From the NCBI RefSeq assembly GCF_009914755.1, contig NC_060932.1: 64,000 nucleotides of DNA; one strand, given 5' to 3'. The translations under genes and the position numbers were made by a program. The first letter of the stretch is position 1; every line of letters starts with the position of its first letter. This document shows positions 24,289 to 39,308 of this stretch, in pieces. The notes below the pieces were generated by a model. It saw nothing but the letters and a program-made list of their open reading frames with translations, had not been told where the DNA came from and made no database searches. Source of the stretch: the human T2T-CHM13v2.0 reference genome, Homo sapiens.

Positions 24289-26997
24289 CACATCACATAA
24301 GGACTTCATGAGGCAGCTCCCAGCCCTCTCATTGTTCCTCACTTGCTGCTTTGCAATGCACCCTCCAACAGCCCTGCTCAGATTGCCAATCACTGCACTC
24401 AAGACCCTTACTTGCCTGAATGCCTTTGCCCATACTTCTCCCTTCTTCTGGGAATCCCCTGCCTCTTTACCTGAATAACCCAAGCTCTTTCTTTGCATCT
24501 TAATTTCTACGCAAATCTTACCTAATCTTCCCAGGCTGCATTAGGTTTTTTATGTTTCCTTCATGCCTTGTGCATTTTTCCACCTGTGCTATTATAAAAT
24601 TATAATAAAGTAAACTGCATGTGTGCATAGATTATCCTTTAACTTGTGAGCTCTCTGAGGGCAAGAACTCTGTTTAATTATGTTTAATTCATCTTATATA
24701 GTACCTATCTTCTAACAAAATGTTTGTTGAATAAATGGAGGAATAATAGGAACAATAAAGGTAATAATGCATAATATCCACTGACATGTGGTCTTTTCTT
24801 TACATTTATTGCTATTATTTAATTTTTAATTAAATAATGTTTTATTACTATCCCTATGAAGTAGATATATTTATTAAACTGTTTTACAATTTTATGAACT
24901 TAACTTTTTTGTAGTTAAAAAAATTTCTGAGTCTTTTCTAAAGTACCAGAACAATGTGTTGTTGAACATCAAATTTTGTGCATCTACATACTTACTAGAC
25001 CATACCAACATTTTCTGAAATACTATGTGATTTAAGAAAGTCTTTTACCTTTGTGCATCACAGATTCCTCCTCCAAAATTAAGGAAATGTAATGCATAAC
25101 TGGTTCTCAAACTGGGATTTTTGAAGTGAGATCAAAGTTTATTATGCCTATCAAAAAGAAATGCCAACAGTACCTGTAATAAACCTTCACGGACAAATTA
25201 GAATAGCCAGTCATTGTCTTTAGTTTGACATTTTGCCAACCTGACATGGTAAGATTGGCAATCTTTTGCTGATAAGAAACTTAGACGCTTCATCAATAGA
25301 ATATGAAGGAGGAAGAGGAGGAGGAGGAGGAGGAGTTTCCTTCAAACTGAGTAGAGTTTATAGAAAGAAAAATAAAAATGCTTTCAGAAAATGGTTTCCA
25401 ATGAGGGAGGAAGATAATAAAGTAGATCAATGTTGGTGGAAAAATAAGAAAATGTGGAACATAATCTCTCTGGTCTCTTGCAGCATAAAAACACAATGCT
25501 AAAAACCTTCCCTTCAGCCCTGTAAGGTGACACCACAGAAAGCTCTGAGAAGGAAGAAAGATGAAGAAAGTAGAGAAGATTTTTATTTGTACATTGTGAG
25601 CTTTTATGTGTAAGATTTTGCCTGAAGCATGGCTCAGATCCTTCTGAAACTGCCCTGAAGACAATAACTATAAACTGATTAATACACACACATGCAATGA
25701 TCTTAGGAGACTTCAGAGTAAACAATATCAGGCAGTTTTTATACAAGAGTTGAAACTCTGAAGAAGGGAATGGCAAGCATGAGTTACCCATTTTTGTGGC
25801 TTTTAGCCTGAGGGCAAGCCAAAGTTAGGGCCAAGCAGGACAACTATGGTTGCTGCATTTCTTTTTTTAGCTGTGTAAGCAGAGAACAGATTTTGTGGTT
25901 ACTAAAGTTACTGGGAAGTAAAGGAGAATTATCCTGAAAGGAATAGTCAGAGAGAAGATGCACCCAATTTTGTGTATAAACTCTACCCAAATTGCTGGCT
26001 GTTCTCTGAATTGTGCATGTGTTGGGAAGGCTGCTAGCAACTTTGCTAAAAATAAAAGATCAGAACTGGGATTTGAGGTGGCCCAAGAGCCATGATGTGC
26101 AGTTTGACACCAACAAAATTAATTTTTTACAAAAACAAAAAAACAACAACCCGGTTCTCAGGAATACAATTGAATTCAGAGACTTCACAACGTAACATAC
26201 ACAATGATGAGGCTGCAATCCCAAAGTGCATGGCTTATAAATAACCAAGAAAACATGACCAAAATGCAAAAGAAATGATAATCAACCGAGAACAATCTCA
26301 GCACATGTGGAAATTCATATCACATATGGACTTTAAAGCAGCTGTATATCTATGTTCAATGACATAAAAAATTATCTTAATTAATGAAAAGATAGAAAAT
26401 CTCAGCAGTGACATGGAAACTATAATAAAAGGATCAAGTGGAAATTCTAAGAACTCAAAAACACAGTATCAGAAAAAACAGAAAGAGAGAAAGGAAGGAA
26501 GGAAGGAAGGAAGGAAGATTATTAGGTAGAATAGAAATGCTAGAGTAATAGTCAGTGACCTAACAGTTATATTAATAGAAATTCTCCAAAGTGAAAAAGA
26601 GAATAAATTAAAAAGAAGATGGAAGAAGAAGAGGAAGGGAGACATAGAAGCCTACAAGATAATAATAAAAATTCTAAGATATGCATGCTTACAGTCTCAT
26701 CAGAGAGAAATGAGGCAGATACAGTATATGTTTGAAGACACAATGACTGAAAACTCCCCAAATATGTTGAAAGACTTAAAGTTTGTAGAATCCTGAAGTT
26801 AAATGAACCCCAAGCAAAATAAATACAAAAAAAACAAAAAAAATCTTAGGCATATTAGAGTAAACTGCTAAAACCAAAGAGAAAGAGAAAATCTTGGAAG
26901 TCATCAGAGAAAAATAACACATTTTTAGAGGAAAGTAATGGTTTCAATTAGCACTGACATCTCTATGAGAAACTATAGAGGTCAGGAGACAAAATAA

Positions 26998-27318
<321 letters not shown>

Positions 27319-27732
27319 TAAAGTGTTGAATTTTTTCAAAAGCCCTGTCAAACCAGAATAGCTGATTTAGAAAAAAAATAACACTCAGGAATAAAGATGA
27401 AGTAAAGGCATTTTCAGACCAAAGGAAGCTGAGATCATTCATCTGTAGCATACTTACAGCAGAGGGAATGCTGAAGAAGATGTTTCAGTCTATAGAAAAA
27501 TTGATACCACATGAAAACTCAGAGCTTCAGGATGAAACACAAAGCTTCAGAAAGGCTGAATATCCAGGGAAAAAATACAAACAATTATTTTTAAACAAGA
27601 GGAAAATTTTTTTTCTCTTAATTTCTTTGTAATACATGGTGCTACTGAAAGCAAAAATTATACTCTTGTCTTGGTGATATATAATAATCTGGAAGTAAGA
27701 TAAATGAGAAGTCTAGTATAAAGAATGAAGGG

Positions 27733-28056
27733 GAATAGGCAGAACACAGGGGATTTTCAGGGCAGTGAAATAGTCTGTATGATGCTATAATGATGGGTAC
27801 ATTTATTATACATTTGTCCAGATCCATTGAATGTACACCAAGAGTGACCCCTAATGTAAGTGATGGATGCTGGGTGATAACGATGTGCCAGTGTAGGTTT
27901 ATCAGTTATTACAAATGCACCACTCTGGTGGAGGATGTTGATTATGGGGGAAGCATGCATGTGGGGTGGGGAAGAGAGTCTATGGAACATCTCTATACCT
28001 TCTGCTCAATATTGCTGTAACCTAAAATTGCTCTAAAAATGGGTTTATTTTAAAAA
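27733..28056 (+). mobile_element. L1MC1-like 3' end inserted in the older L1
   Basis: GGATTTTCAGGGCAGTGAAA...TACAAATGCACCACTCTGGTGGAGGATGTTGAT...CTAAAATTGCTCTAAAAAT. Confidence 0.8.
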
Positions 28057-28658
28057 TGGAGAAAAAGGCAAACGGATATGTGCCCTTGCAAAGCTTCTAC
28101 GTGTTATGTGAAGTGATGTTAATGTTAAGAAGAAATGAAGATTTTTTTTTTAAAATACATATTGTCATCCCTAAAGCAACCACTTAAAATGATGCAAAAA
28201 TACATATTAAAAAGCCAACAGATAAATTAAAATAAAATTCTAAAAAACATGGTAAAATTACCTAAAATAAGAAGGAAAATGGAACAGAGGAGCAAAAATG
28301 GGGGAATGACAAAAATGAAATAAATAGTAAAATGATAGACTTAATTCAACCATATCCATAATTATGTTCCATGTAAATAAACTAAACTCTTCAACTAAAG
28401 GCAGATACTATCAGAATAAATCAAAAGTCTAAGCCTAATTATACAATGTCACCATTGATGTACTTCATATATAAACATACAGGTTCTAAGTCAATGGATG
28501 GAAAATATATACCACTGAAATGGTAAGCATAAGAAGTCTGAAGTAGCATGTTACTATCAGATAAAACATATTCTAAAATCAGAAGCATTAAGAGAAATTA
28601 AAAATAAAAGCTCTGTGAGACAGGCAGGAGATGCTATTATTGCCATATCAATGTAACA

Positions 28659-29041
<383 letters not shown>

Positions 29042-29111
29042 TTAATTTATTTTTAATTTTTGTGGGCACATAGTAGGTGTATAGATTTATGGGGTACATG
29101 AGATCCTTTGA

Positions 29112-29523
<412 letters not shown>

Positions 29524-29593
29524 CTGGTTATTTTCAAATGTACAATAAATTAGTGTTGACTGTAGTCACCCTGTTGTGCAATCAAAGACTAGA

Positions 29594-29720
29594 TTTTTTT
29601 TTTCTTTTTCTTTTTTTTTTTTTTTTTTTTAGACAGTCTCACTCTGTCACCCAGGCTGGACTGCAGTGGTACAATCTCGGCTCACTGCAACCTCTGCCTC
29701 CTGGGTTCTAGTGATTCTCC
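29594..29720 (-). mobile_element. Alu right-arm fragment
   Basis: Poly-T plus about 90 nt of the Alu 3' end, stopping at GTGATTCTCC. Confidence 0.9.
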
Positions 29721-30261
29721 CACTAAAACACTTTTCACACGAGAGTACAAGTCTTCTTATCCTCGGTAGCCAACAATGCTCAGCATGAGGAAGCTACTCC
29801 ACCAGTGACTGCTGAAAGAACAATCTGCTACCGGTCATCAGGGCACAGTAACCCACTGACTCACTACCGGCACTGCCATTCACAGCATAGTATGCACAGC
29901 GTTCTGACATACAGTAGTCACTCTAGTGAACAGCCACTGTCTCATCGTTCCGGGATCTTGGAATTACCCCCGCACCATCAACCACATGGTTACTGTAGAG
30001 GCTTCTAGATTATTGCAGTGTGACCCAACCCTGGCCACTCTTGATATCCAAGAATGTGTGTATGGCATAACAAGATCCTCTGTTTTTGTGTTCTTCATAA
30101 TTTTGAAATGAAAACTGAGTAGGCTTCATTAATTGGGTACCTGAAGTTGTAATGTATTTAATGTGGGTAGTTTGTGGCCATGACTATCTGAAACAGATTT
30201 GAAACTTGGAGGGAGCTGTTCAGAAGAGAGACAACAAAGAATATGAAAAAAGAGAAAAAGA

Positions 30262-30725
<464 letters not shown>

Positions 30726-31397
30726 TCATGCTAAAAAAAGAAACATAAAAAACAGTTGAAAAATATACTCATTTACTCCTTAGAGTTACTGAGAATCAGG
30801 AGTACCTCTCCCATTCATAATGTTTTTATTTTTAAATGTAAAATTGAAAGATTATAAGAAAAAAATGCATTTCAAGCAACATCAGTAAGCTGGTGATGGA
30901 CATCTTTTGGGAGAAGGGAAAGGACTTTTCAGTATCCCTAAATTTTCATTATATTGCCAGCTGCCTATTCTCCTTCCACAGCAGGCAGGTTCAGCATGGT
31001 GCATTGCTGGGCCTGCAGCAATAATCCACAGCAGCAAGAACAGTGCATCATCCAATTATATGGTCTATTGTTTCATTATTCACCCTACACCAGCTGCACC
31101 TGTCACCAACCCCACTCTCCTTCATTTTCTACTTGCAAGCTTACCCTCCCCCTGCACACACAGCAATCATAGCCTGTTCTGAGTAACTTCAGTATCCCAT
31201 TAGTTTCAGTAAGCAATATACTTCACTTCAATTATAAATTTAGAAATAGCATTCTCTACTATTACCACCCATTTTGGCCCCTACTTTGCCATGAATGAAG
31301 TATAGTGAGAGCGAATTATGAAACAGAAATTTTGGAACACAAAATCAAAGTAGCTTCTATCCCCTGCTCTTTGATGCACACCTCAATGTAAATAAAG

Positions 31398-31503
31398 TCA
31401 CACACATGACAGACACACCCCGTACACCAGGCACACACACATACCACATACACACAACACTTACATGCACACATACACACACATAGGCACAGGCGTGCAC
31501 ACC
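31398..31503. repeat. Imperfect (CA)n repeat
   Basis: Read directly from the sequence. Confidence 0.85.
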
Positions 31504-32719
31504 AGGAGAGCAAGGCATTGGGTCAGGTAGTTCACTAACGTAACACATTTTTTGAGCCATGCTACATTTTCCTTTTGTTAAATCAATCGAATAACATTTG
31601 AGCAACACTGTGAGATATAAAATGGAAATGGAAATTTTGCATTTGCCTTAAAGGAAACTACATTGCAGCAGGTGAAGAAGATATATCCATGAAGACTATT
31701 TCCCAACAATTAGTAAGAAAGTATCAAAATGAGATTCAGGATATCTGCGTCCTGTTCCCAGCTAAAACAACCAGCGGTCAGGCAAACAAACAAGAAAAAG
31801 CATTAACAATTTTCACAGAAATTATTTTATAAAAGGAATTTGTTAGATAATTGTTAAAAGACTGGATAAGCAAAGATGAATACTGAAATAACAGTGGCAA
31901 TTACTATAAAAATTAGCTATCCTCTCCAGGACTGGGAAAAAATGGAAATCACGCAGGTTACTGCCGTAAGCTTTTAAAACTAAACACTATGCATGACCCC
32001 TTAGTGTCTCTGGCTTAAGGTAGGGTAAACTCCTTGGCCTCTGACCCCATTACTTTCAGTCTAATAACAACCCTCTAGCTCTAACTACTCCAATTAGAGG
32101 AAAGGGGCATAGAATAAAGAGGGTGAGGAAAGGACAGTAAAAATAATATTGCCTCATGTGTACAGCAAAACCCATGTAATCAGCACAAAAGGAAGTCTTC
32201 ACGTGATGTACACACTTTCTACTTGGTTGACCTTCCGCTCTAGGTCATCAGAAGGAGAGCACTGTAGCCATTTGCTGATGTGAGAACACAAGAGGGACAG
32301 ATCTGGAAGGAAATCTCAGGACATCAGTTGGATATGTCTGTTATTTCTATTAGATATCTACATGTTGAACTAGGCAGCTGAAGACGCAAGTCTGGAATTC
32401 AGGTGTGAGGTCCTTCTTGGAGATAGTGATTTTGAATTTATCAGATTCTAGTTAGTATTTAAAGTCACGACATCCTATGAAATCATCAAAGGAGTGAGTA
32501 TGGATAGAAGAAAGGAAGAAACTGAGATGTGAGTCCTGAGCCATACTGAGGGTTAGTGGATGGGAGGAAAGAAAGATCCAGCAAAAAAAAAAAAAGAAAA
32601 AAAGAAAGAAAAGAATAAGACAAAATGGATAACAGAGCAGACCTGCGGTGCCCCAGGACAGCCAGCTTGCAAAGACTTCCAGGCAGAGGAACGGATCATC
32701 TTGGCCAGTGCTTATATCA

Positions 32720-33620
32720 TTCAGGTTCAAGTGATAAGATAGAAAGCCCACCAGATATTTAAACAGAGAAAATGTGATGCATATCATCATTAACTAGGTG
32801 TTTAAGAACTGAAAACAAAAAATAATAAGATATCAGAGGTCAGAGGAAGCTGCTATCACCAAGGGCCTGGGGAAGCAAAACAAAGTGATTGGAATTTATA
32901 AATTGAGAAGTTTGGAGAAAAGGAGCTGAAACAGGCATTCCAGGAGAGGGTATTGCTGAGTTGGTGTGTGTATCTAAGCTCAGAAAAGGGGCCCCAGACA
33001 TTCAAAAAAGTGAGACCATCTGGTGCTGGTGTCTCTAAGGAGACATGATAAAGCTGGTAGCTGGACCAGCATGTGTTGGAAACAATTGCAATTTTTCATG
33101 GATAAAATTGTATATATTTATTGTAGACAACATGATGTTTTGATACACGTATCCATTGTAGAATAGTGTCAGTCTAATGAACATATTCATTACTTCATAT
33201 ACTTATTTTGTGTGTGTGTGGTGAGAACATTTAAAATCTAATTTCTTAGCCAAATTCAAGTATACATTTTTGTTAGTTATAATTGCCATATTGTACAATA
33301 GATCTCCTGAACTTATTCCTCCCGTCTTACAGAAATTTTGTATCCTTTGACCAACCTCTCCACAATCACCAACCCCAACAGCAGTCCTTGGTAATCACCA
33401 CTTTATTCTCTGCTTGTATGAGTTTAACTTTTGCAATCAAACGCTGCTAAGAGAAGGAGGTGCTGCCTGCTGGGATTATGTTGTCAGCAATGACAAGCAA
33501 AAGCAGAAACAGGAAGTAAGTAGGATGGACAGTGTCTTTTTTTTTTTTTTTTTTCTCCTGAAGACTTCCAGTCTGTTGAGCTCAATGATGTGACTGGTTG
33601 ACTGGGTGAGGTAAAGCACT
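32720..33620 (-). mobile_element. Ancient LTR78-like element, split by L1MA8
   Basis: AGATAGAAAGCCCACCAGATATTTAAACAGAGAAAAT...TTAACTAGGT resembles the remembered LTR78; highly degenerate and strand uncertain. Confidence 0.45.
33093..33430 (-). mobile_element. L1MA8-like 3' end
   Basis: AAAATTGTATATATTTATTG..ACAACATGATGTTTTGA...GTACAATAGATCTCCTGAACTTATTCCTCC; TSD TTGCAAT at 33086-33092 and 33431-33437. Confidence 0.85.
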
Positions 33621-33897
33621 AGGTCTTTGTAAGAGACCAGTAAGTGACTAAGAGAACAGGATACCAGAGGAGCCACCCACCTGGGTATGAAATACACCAA
33701 GAGAATATGGTAGAGACGGTGAGACAGGCACTATTCTTTAAGAAATAAGGGAGAGCCATGGTGGGGGTTGACAGTAGGGAAGAATCATCTACGGCAACAA
33801 GAAAGAAAGTTTCAAACAAAATTTACTGAGCACTAAACCTTTGTGAACCATATCGTTTGGGTACCTTGAAAGGCAGAATTATAATTGGCCTTTCAAC

Positions 33898-34220
33898 CAA
33901 GGGTTGGCATTTTTTTTTTCTGTAAAGCATCAGCTCGTCCATGTTTTAGGCATGTGAGGCACGTGGTCTCAGTCACAACTACTCCACTCCACTTCTGCTG
34001 GAAAGCAGCTCTGGACGTTGTGCAAAGGAAGAAATGTGTCTGTTTTAATAAAACTCTATTTCTTGACAATGAAATTTGAATTTGATATAATGTTTAAATG
34101 TCATAAAATATCACTCTTCTTTTGATTTTTTTTAACCATTAAAAAAATGTAAATATCATTCTTAGCTCATGGGCCAGAAAAACACATTTGCTGTTATAGG
34201 GTGTAGCTTGCCAATCCTGT
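33898..34220 (+). mobile_element. MER58B hAT-Charlie DNA transposon
   Basis: TIRs CAAGGGTTGGCA / TGCCAATCCTG; 8-bp TSD CTTTCAAC/GTTTCAAC; internal GAAATTTGAATTT. Confidence 0.85.
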
Positions 34221-35306
34221 GTTTCAACTGAGGCTCTGCCATCAAAGAGCATGAAAACTCACAGATAGCAAGACATAGGCACAGAAATATATGGTTAAAG
34301 GTAGAAAATATCAATAAGATTTTGGAGGGATATATTAAAATTCCCATGCAAGTTCAGGAATCAAGGAAAACTGTGGAAGAAGTAGAATACAAGAAATTGT
34401 AATGCCTTAGAAACTGCTGACCTAGACATGGATGAATCACTAGCTCTCAATTTGCAGGGCAGGCAGAGCAGATGTGCGTGTTTGGGTAGACCCTCACTTT
34501 ACTCCTTGTGGCCCTTACAGAGCCCAGTATTAGTCCTGCTTGCTCTGTTTGGCTACTTTCCATAAATCAGCAAAAGCAGCAGGTTGGAAATTATTATTTT
34601 CTTAGAATAAACATTTTCTAATCTGATCTGTCTTAAAGGATCGAAGTAACACTGGACATTACAGAAATCTGAGATGACAGAAAGGAAATGCCCAGCCTAT
34701 CACAGACTAAATATAACTTACCTTTGCATGAATGATTTTCCAAGGAACACCAGCAGGACTTAGAGAGGAGATGGAAAAGAAAAGTGAACTGTCTGGAAGA
34801 AATTAGCTTCTGCCAAATTGCACCCCTCCTGCTTCCTGAATGACTTGCTTTGGAAATTATGCTTATAAAAATCACATTCTCCTTCACTGCAATTTTACAG
34901 AGGCTACTATAATATCACTCTTCATCTCCCCCTTTTCTCTCTGCCCACACCACTATTCCCAGATCAGGTAAATTAAGAGGAAACTGGACATCAGAAAGCA
35001 AAAAGGACAAATCATTAAAGGTATGTGAGCACTCGAGCCAAAATCTGAGAGTTCCAACCCTGTTTCTCCACTTCATGTTGTTAAACTTCAGACATGGTAG
35101 ATGATTTAATTACTTTGTACATAAGTTTCTTTATAAAGAAATAAAGATAATAATGGCATCTATCCCTTAGAATTGTTATGAAGATTAATTGGGTTAATTT
35201 ATGCAGATTGCTTAAAAATAGTCCCTGGTGCAGAATGAGCATTAACAATTATTATTGACTCTAAAGTCTTGTATCAAAGCTTTTACTGACTTCCTGTGAC
35301 TTACAG

Positions 35307-35831
35307 CAGGGGTCCCGAAACCCCAGGCCACAGACTGGTAATGGTCCGTGGCCTGTTAGGAACCGGGCCACACAGCACGAGGTGAGCAGCGGGTAAGTGA
35401 GCAAAGCTTCATCTGTTTACAGTCACTCCCTATCACTTGCATTACTGCCTGAGCTACACCTCCTGTCAGATCAGTGGTGACATCAGATTCTCATAGGAGC
35501 ACGAACTCTATTGGGAACTGCACATGCGAGGGATCTAGGTTGCCCACTCCTTATGAGAATCTAATACCTAATGATCTGTCACTGTCTCCCGTCACCCCGA
35601 GATGGGACCATCTAGTTGCAGGAAAAGCAGCCCAGGGCTCCCACTGATTCTACATTATGATGAGTTGTATAATTATTTCATTATATATTACAATGTAATA
35701 ATAATAGAAATAAAGCCCATAATAAATGTACTGCACTTGAATCATCCCGAAAGCACCCCCAACCTCCAGTCCGTGGAAAAATTGCCTTCCACAAAACCAG
35801 TCCTCAGTGCCAAAAAGGTTGGGGACTCCTG
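35307..35831 (+). mobile_element. MER1A hAT-Charlie DNA transposon
   Basis: CAGGGGTCCC...GTTGGGGACTCCTG TIRs; 8-bp TSD ACTTACAG/ACTTAGAG. Confidence 0.93.
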
Positions 35832-36188
35832 ACTTAGAGGATCCACTACAAGCTCCCAACATTCTGCAACACCCTGAGCCCATTGCTGTCTTACACTCTT
35901 CTACTCACTGTTGTGACAGCCCATTTCTATCTTACAATCTTGTACTCACTGTTTTCTCTAGCTGGCAAAATATTTCTATTCCTATTCTTAAAAATCCTAG
36001 TCATACATTAAGATCCAGCACTAAAATTGGCTTGATTTTGTGCATTTTCTCTGCCTCCACCAAGCATTTAATTCCTTTGTTATGAGCTTTTGTCAGTACA
36101 GCTTTTCTTAACTTGCATGGTGTCTAAGTTAAAATGGCTGTGCAGGAACTCTAGCTCTCTGGTACTTCCAATATAAACCATATGAAAG

Positions 36189-36489
36189 GGCTGTGCCCTA
36201 TTGTTCACGCCTGTAATCCCAGCACTTTGGGAGGCCAAGGCAGGTGGATCACCTGAGGTTAGGAGTTCAAGACCAGCCTGACCAACATGACGAAACCCCA
36301 TCTCTACTAAAAATACAAAAATTAGCTGGATGTGGTGGCAGGCACCTGTAATCCCAGCTACTCAGGAGGCTGAGGCAGGAGAATCGCTTGAACTGGGGGG
36401 TGGAGGTTGCGGTGAGTCGAGATCACGCCATTGCACTCCAGTCTGGGCGACAAGAGGGAAACTCCATCCCAAAAGAAACAACAAAAAAA
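36189..36489 (+). mobile_element. AluSq/Sp-like
   Basis: GCGGTGAG, CCATTGCACTCC and GACAAGAGGGAAACTCC diagnostics. Confidence 0.9.
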
Positions 36490-36490
36490 T

Positions 36491-36845
<355 letters not shown>

Positions 36846-39308
36846 TCAATATTTGTTAGCCTCTGCTTCATACACAAAATAGAGTTGCTGGGTTTTATTT
36901 TTCTTTGATAGAGAATGTTCTCAGTACGTTGGCTCATAAGAAATTTTCTTTCTTTGGTTCTTCTTGGTATAGCTAAAAGAGACTTTAAAAAGTAATAAAT
37001 ATATGAAAACCTAAAGGGAAATAAGCAAAGGACACACAGGCAGAAATCACAGAAAGCTCCAGTTCTTGTTATGGATTAGAGGTTTCAAGTCCTGCCTGAA
37101 AACTGAGCTCACAGACAGGAGAATGCAGCAGAATGAGGTTGTGAACTGAGCTCAGAAATGTGTTGTTCAAATCTTGGTCCCAAGACCTGACAGTATTGTG
37201 AACTTGGGCAGGTCTATTTGTCCATGAGAATGGAGTTCTTCATAAATACATAGAGCCGTAAATGGCTAGCACTGCAAAATGGTACTACAATGATTGAGTA
37301 CACATTAGTGACAACTTTTGGCACTGGACCTAACCCAATACGGGCAGCTTTGGCTATGTGGGGGTGGAAGGGGTATTATTTGTGTGTTCCATATCCTTAG
37401 GAAATTAACACTCCAGTTCTAAAGGGATGCTACAACCAGCTTCCCAGCCTGCTTCCTGCTCTCTATAACCCAAGCGATAATTCTAATGACAGACTTCAAA
37501 GATCTGAAAGCCTTGACAGATTTTAAAGCACAGCCCAAGGGTGCACATGGATCCTGGGGCCCACCCACTTCTAGTCTCAGATCTAACTGCCAGTGGCCCC
37601 ACGAGAGGCTGGCCTTGGTATTGACATCAATATCTTACCCTCCAAAAATTCCCCATCAAAAATACAAATAGATGTCTGCTTTAATCCGACAGCAACCACA
37701 ACGTCCAATACAGTAGGAATTGCAATGGTATGTGAGAGAATTGCTGGCGTCCTTCAACAAGACTAGGGCTAGAACCAGTCAGACTTATTCTCAGCTTGGA
37801 GAAAAGGGGGAAAAAAACTAAAAGGGAAGGAGAAGGAAGAGAAAGAGTTGAGGGGAGAAAATAGCTAAGATTTTTTTTTTTCTAGAATCCGGAAGATTTT
37901 AGAAACATGGGTTAAACAAGAGCCCAGAGTTAAAATTAGAATGAAAGTGAACAGGTTCATATTGCCTGGGGTAGAACACAGAACGATAATTGAATGCAAA
38001 GGTTACATGAAAGAACTTTTTGAGGGGATGGGAGTGTTCTAAAACTTGATAGTAGGGTGATTGCATTTACTAAAACTCATCTAATGGTAGTATTAATTAT
38101 CTAAGAGTACACTTAAAATGGGGGAATTTTATCACATGTAAACTATACACCACAATAAAGTTGTGACCCACCCCAGACAGAGCAATCTGGGCTCCAGCCA
38201 ATGAGGCACTGCCAGGTGGATGGAGCGTGTGCCATCCTCCTGAGATGTGTGGAGCACCTGAGCGAGTTGCTTTGTTTTGTTTTCCCTAGCTGGAGAGTTA
38301 ACACTGTGCATGCTCCTTAGGGGCCAGCACTGCAGCTGTAAAGCCCTCTCTGGGCACCTCCTTTAGACTTGAAAGAAGATGGCAACACCTCTGGTTTTGG
38401 GAACCAGACTCCAGGAAGGCATTTTAGGGCTGCATAGGAAGCTGAGTTGGCGCAGTACCTCAGCAGCTGTCCCTGAGCGAGGGGACAGCTGCGGATGGAA
38501 GTCTTTACTGTGAGCCGTCACCCAGGTGAGTATACGACCTATGTCAGACTCCACTGTGGAGTGGAAGAACTTGGTAGTGACTCCCCATAGGAAGGTCCCA
38601 GTTTTTCAGACTTAAAAATGTAGTATGGTGCATAAAGGAATACAGAAACTGTGTCGGAACATTGGCTTGATATTTCAGTCCCTGGGGAGCTTCAGTGGCT
38701 CCGTCATTGCAATCTTTATGCCAGTAGCTGCCTTAAAGGGATGTGTGCAGATTAAAGGAGAAGAACCTAGGTGCCAGCATGACCAACTGTCCCAGATTCC
38801 TTGGGACATTGAGGGTTGCCTGGACTGGGGATTTTCAGGTGCTATAAACAAGGAACTCCAGGCAAACATAGATCCCTCTCTCATCCCTTCCTTAAAGCTT
38901 TAGGTGCTCAAATTTGTATCTTCCAAAGATAACTATGGCCACTGTGTGGGAGAAGGGTTATGGAGGCGTAGGGGAAGGGCTAAAATGAGTATGTGGTTTC
39001 TGGAAGACAATGATAATAATCTGAACTAGAATATCAAAATTTGAAAAATTAAATTAAAAGAAAATATGGTGGATTTAACCCTGGAAGTGTGGGCGGAGTA
39101 GGAGTGGGAATCTAAATCATTAGCAGACATGTAAACATCCATTAACGGTTTCAAACCTACTCTACGGTACAATAGAATCAAATATTTGTAAACAGTGCTT
39201 GGGAATAGAGGATAATTTTTTATTTTGATTAAATTGTTGTCTTGAACCATCTGCTTTTGGCTCACTTGTATTTAACCAATCTGATTTCATCAAATTACCT
39301 ATAGCTAT

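Noticed and set aside
38460-38492. REST/RE1-like half sites (CTCAGCAGC...GGACAGCTGC)
   Set aside because: The left half is mismatched and the spacing is non-canonical; the inverted repeat explains the pattern more simply.
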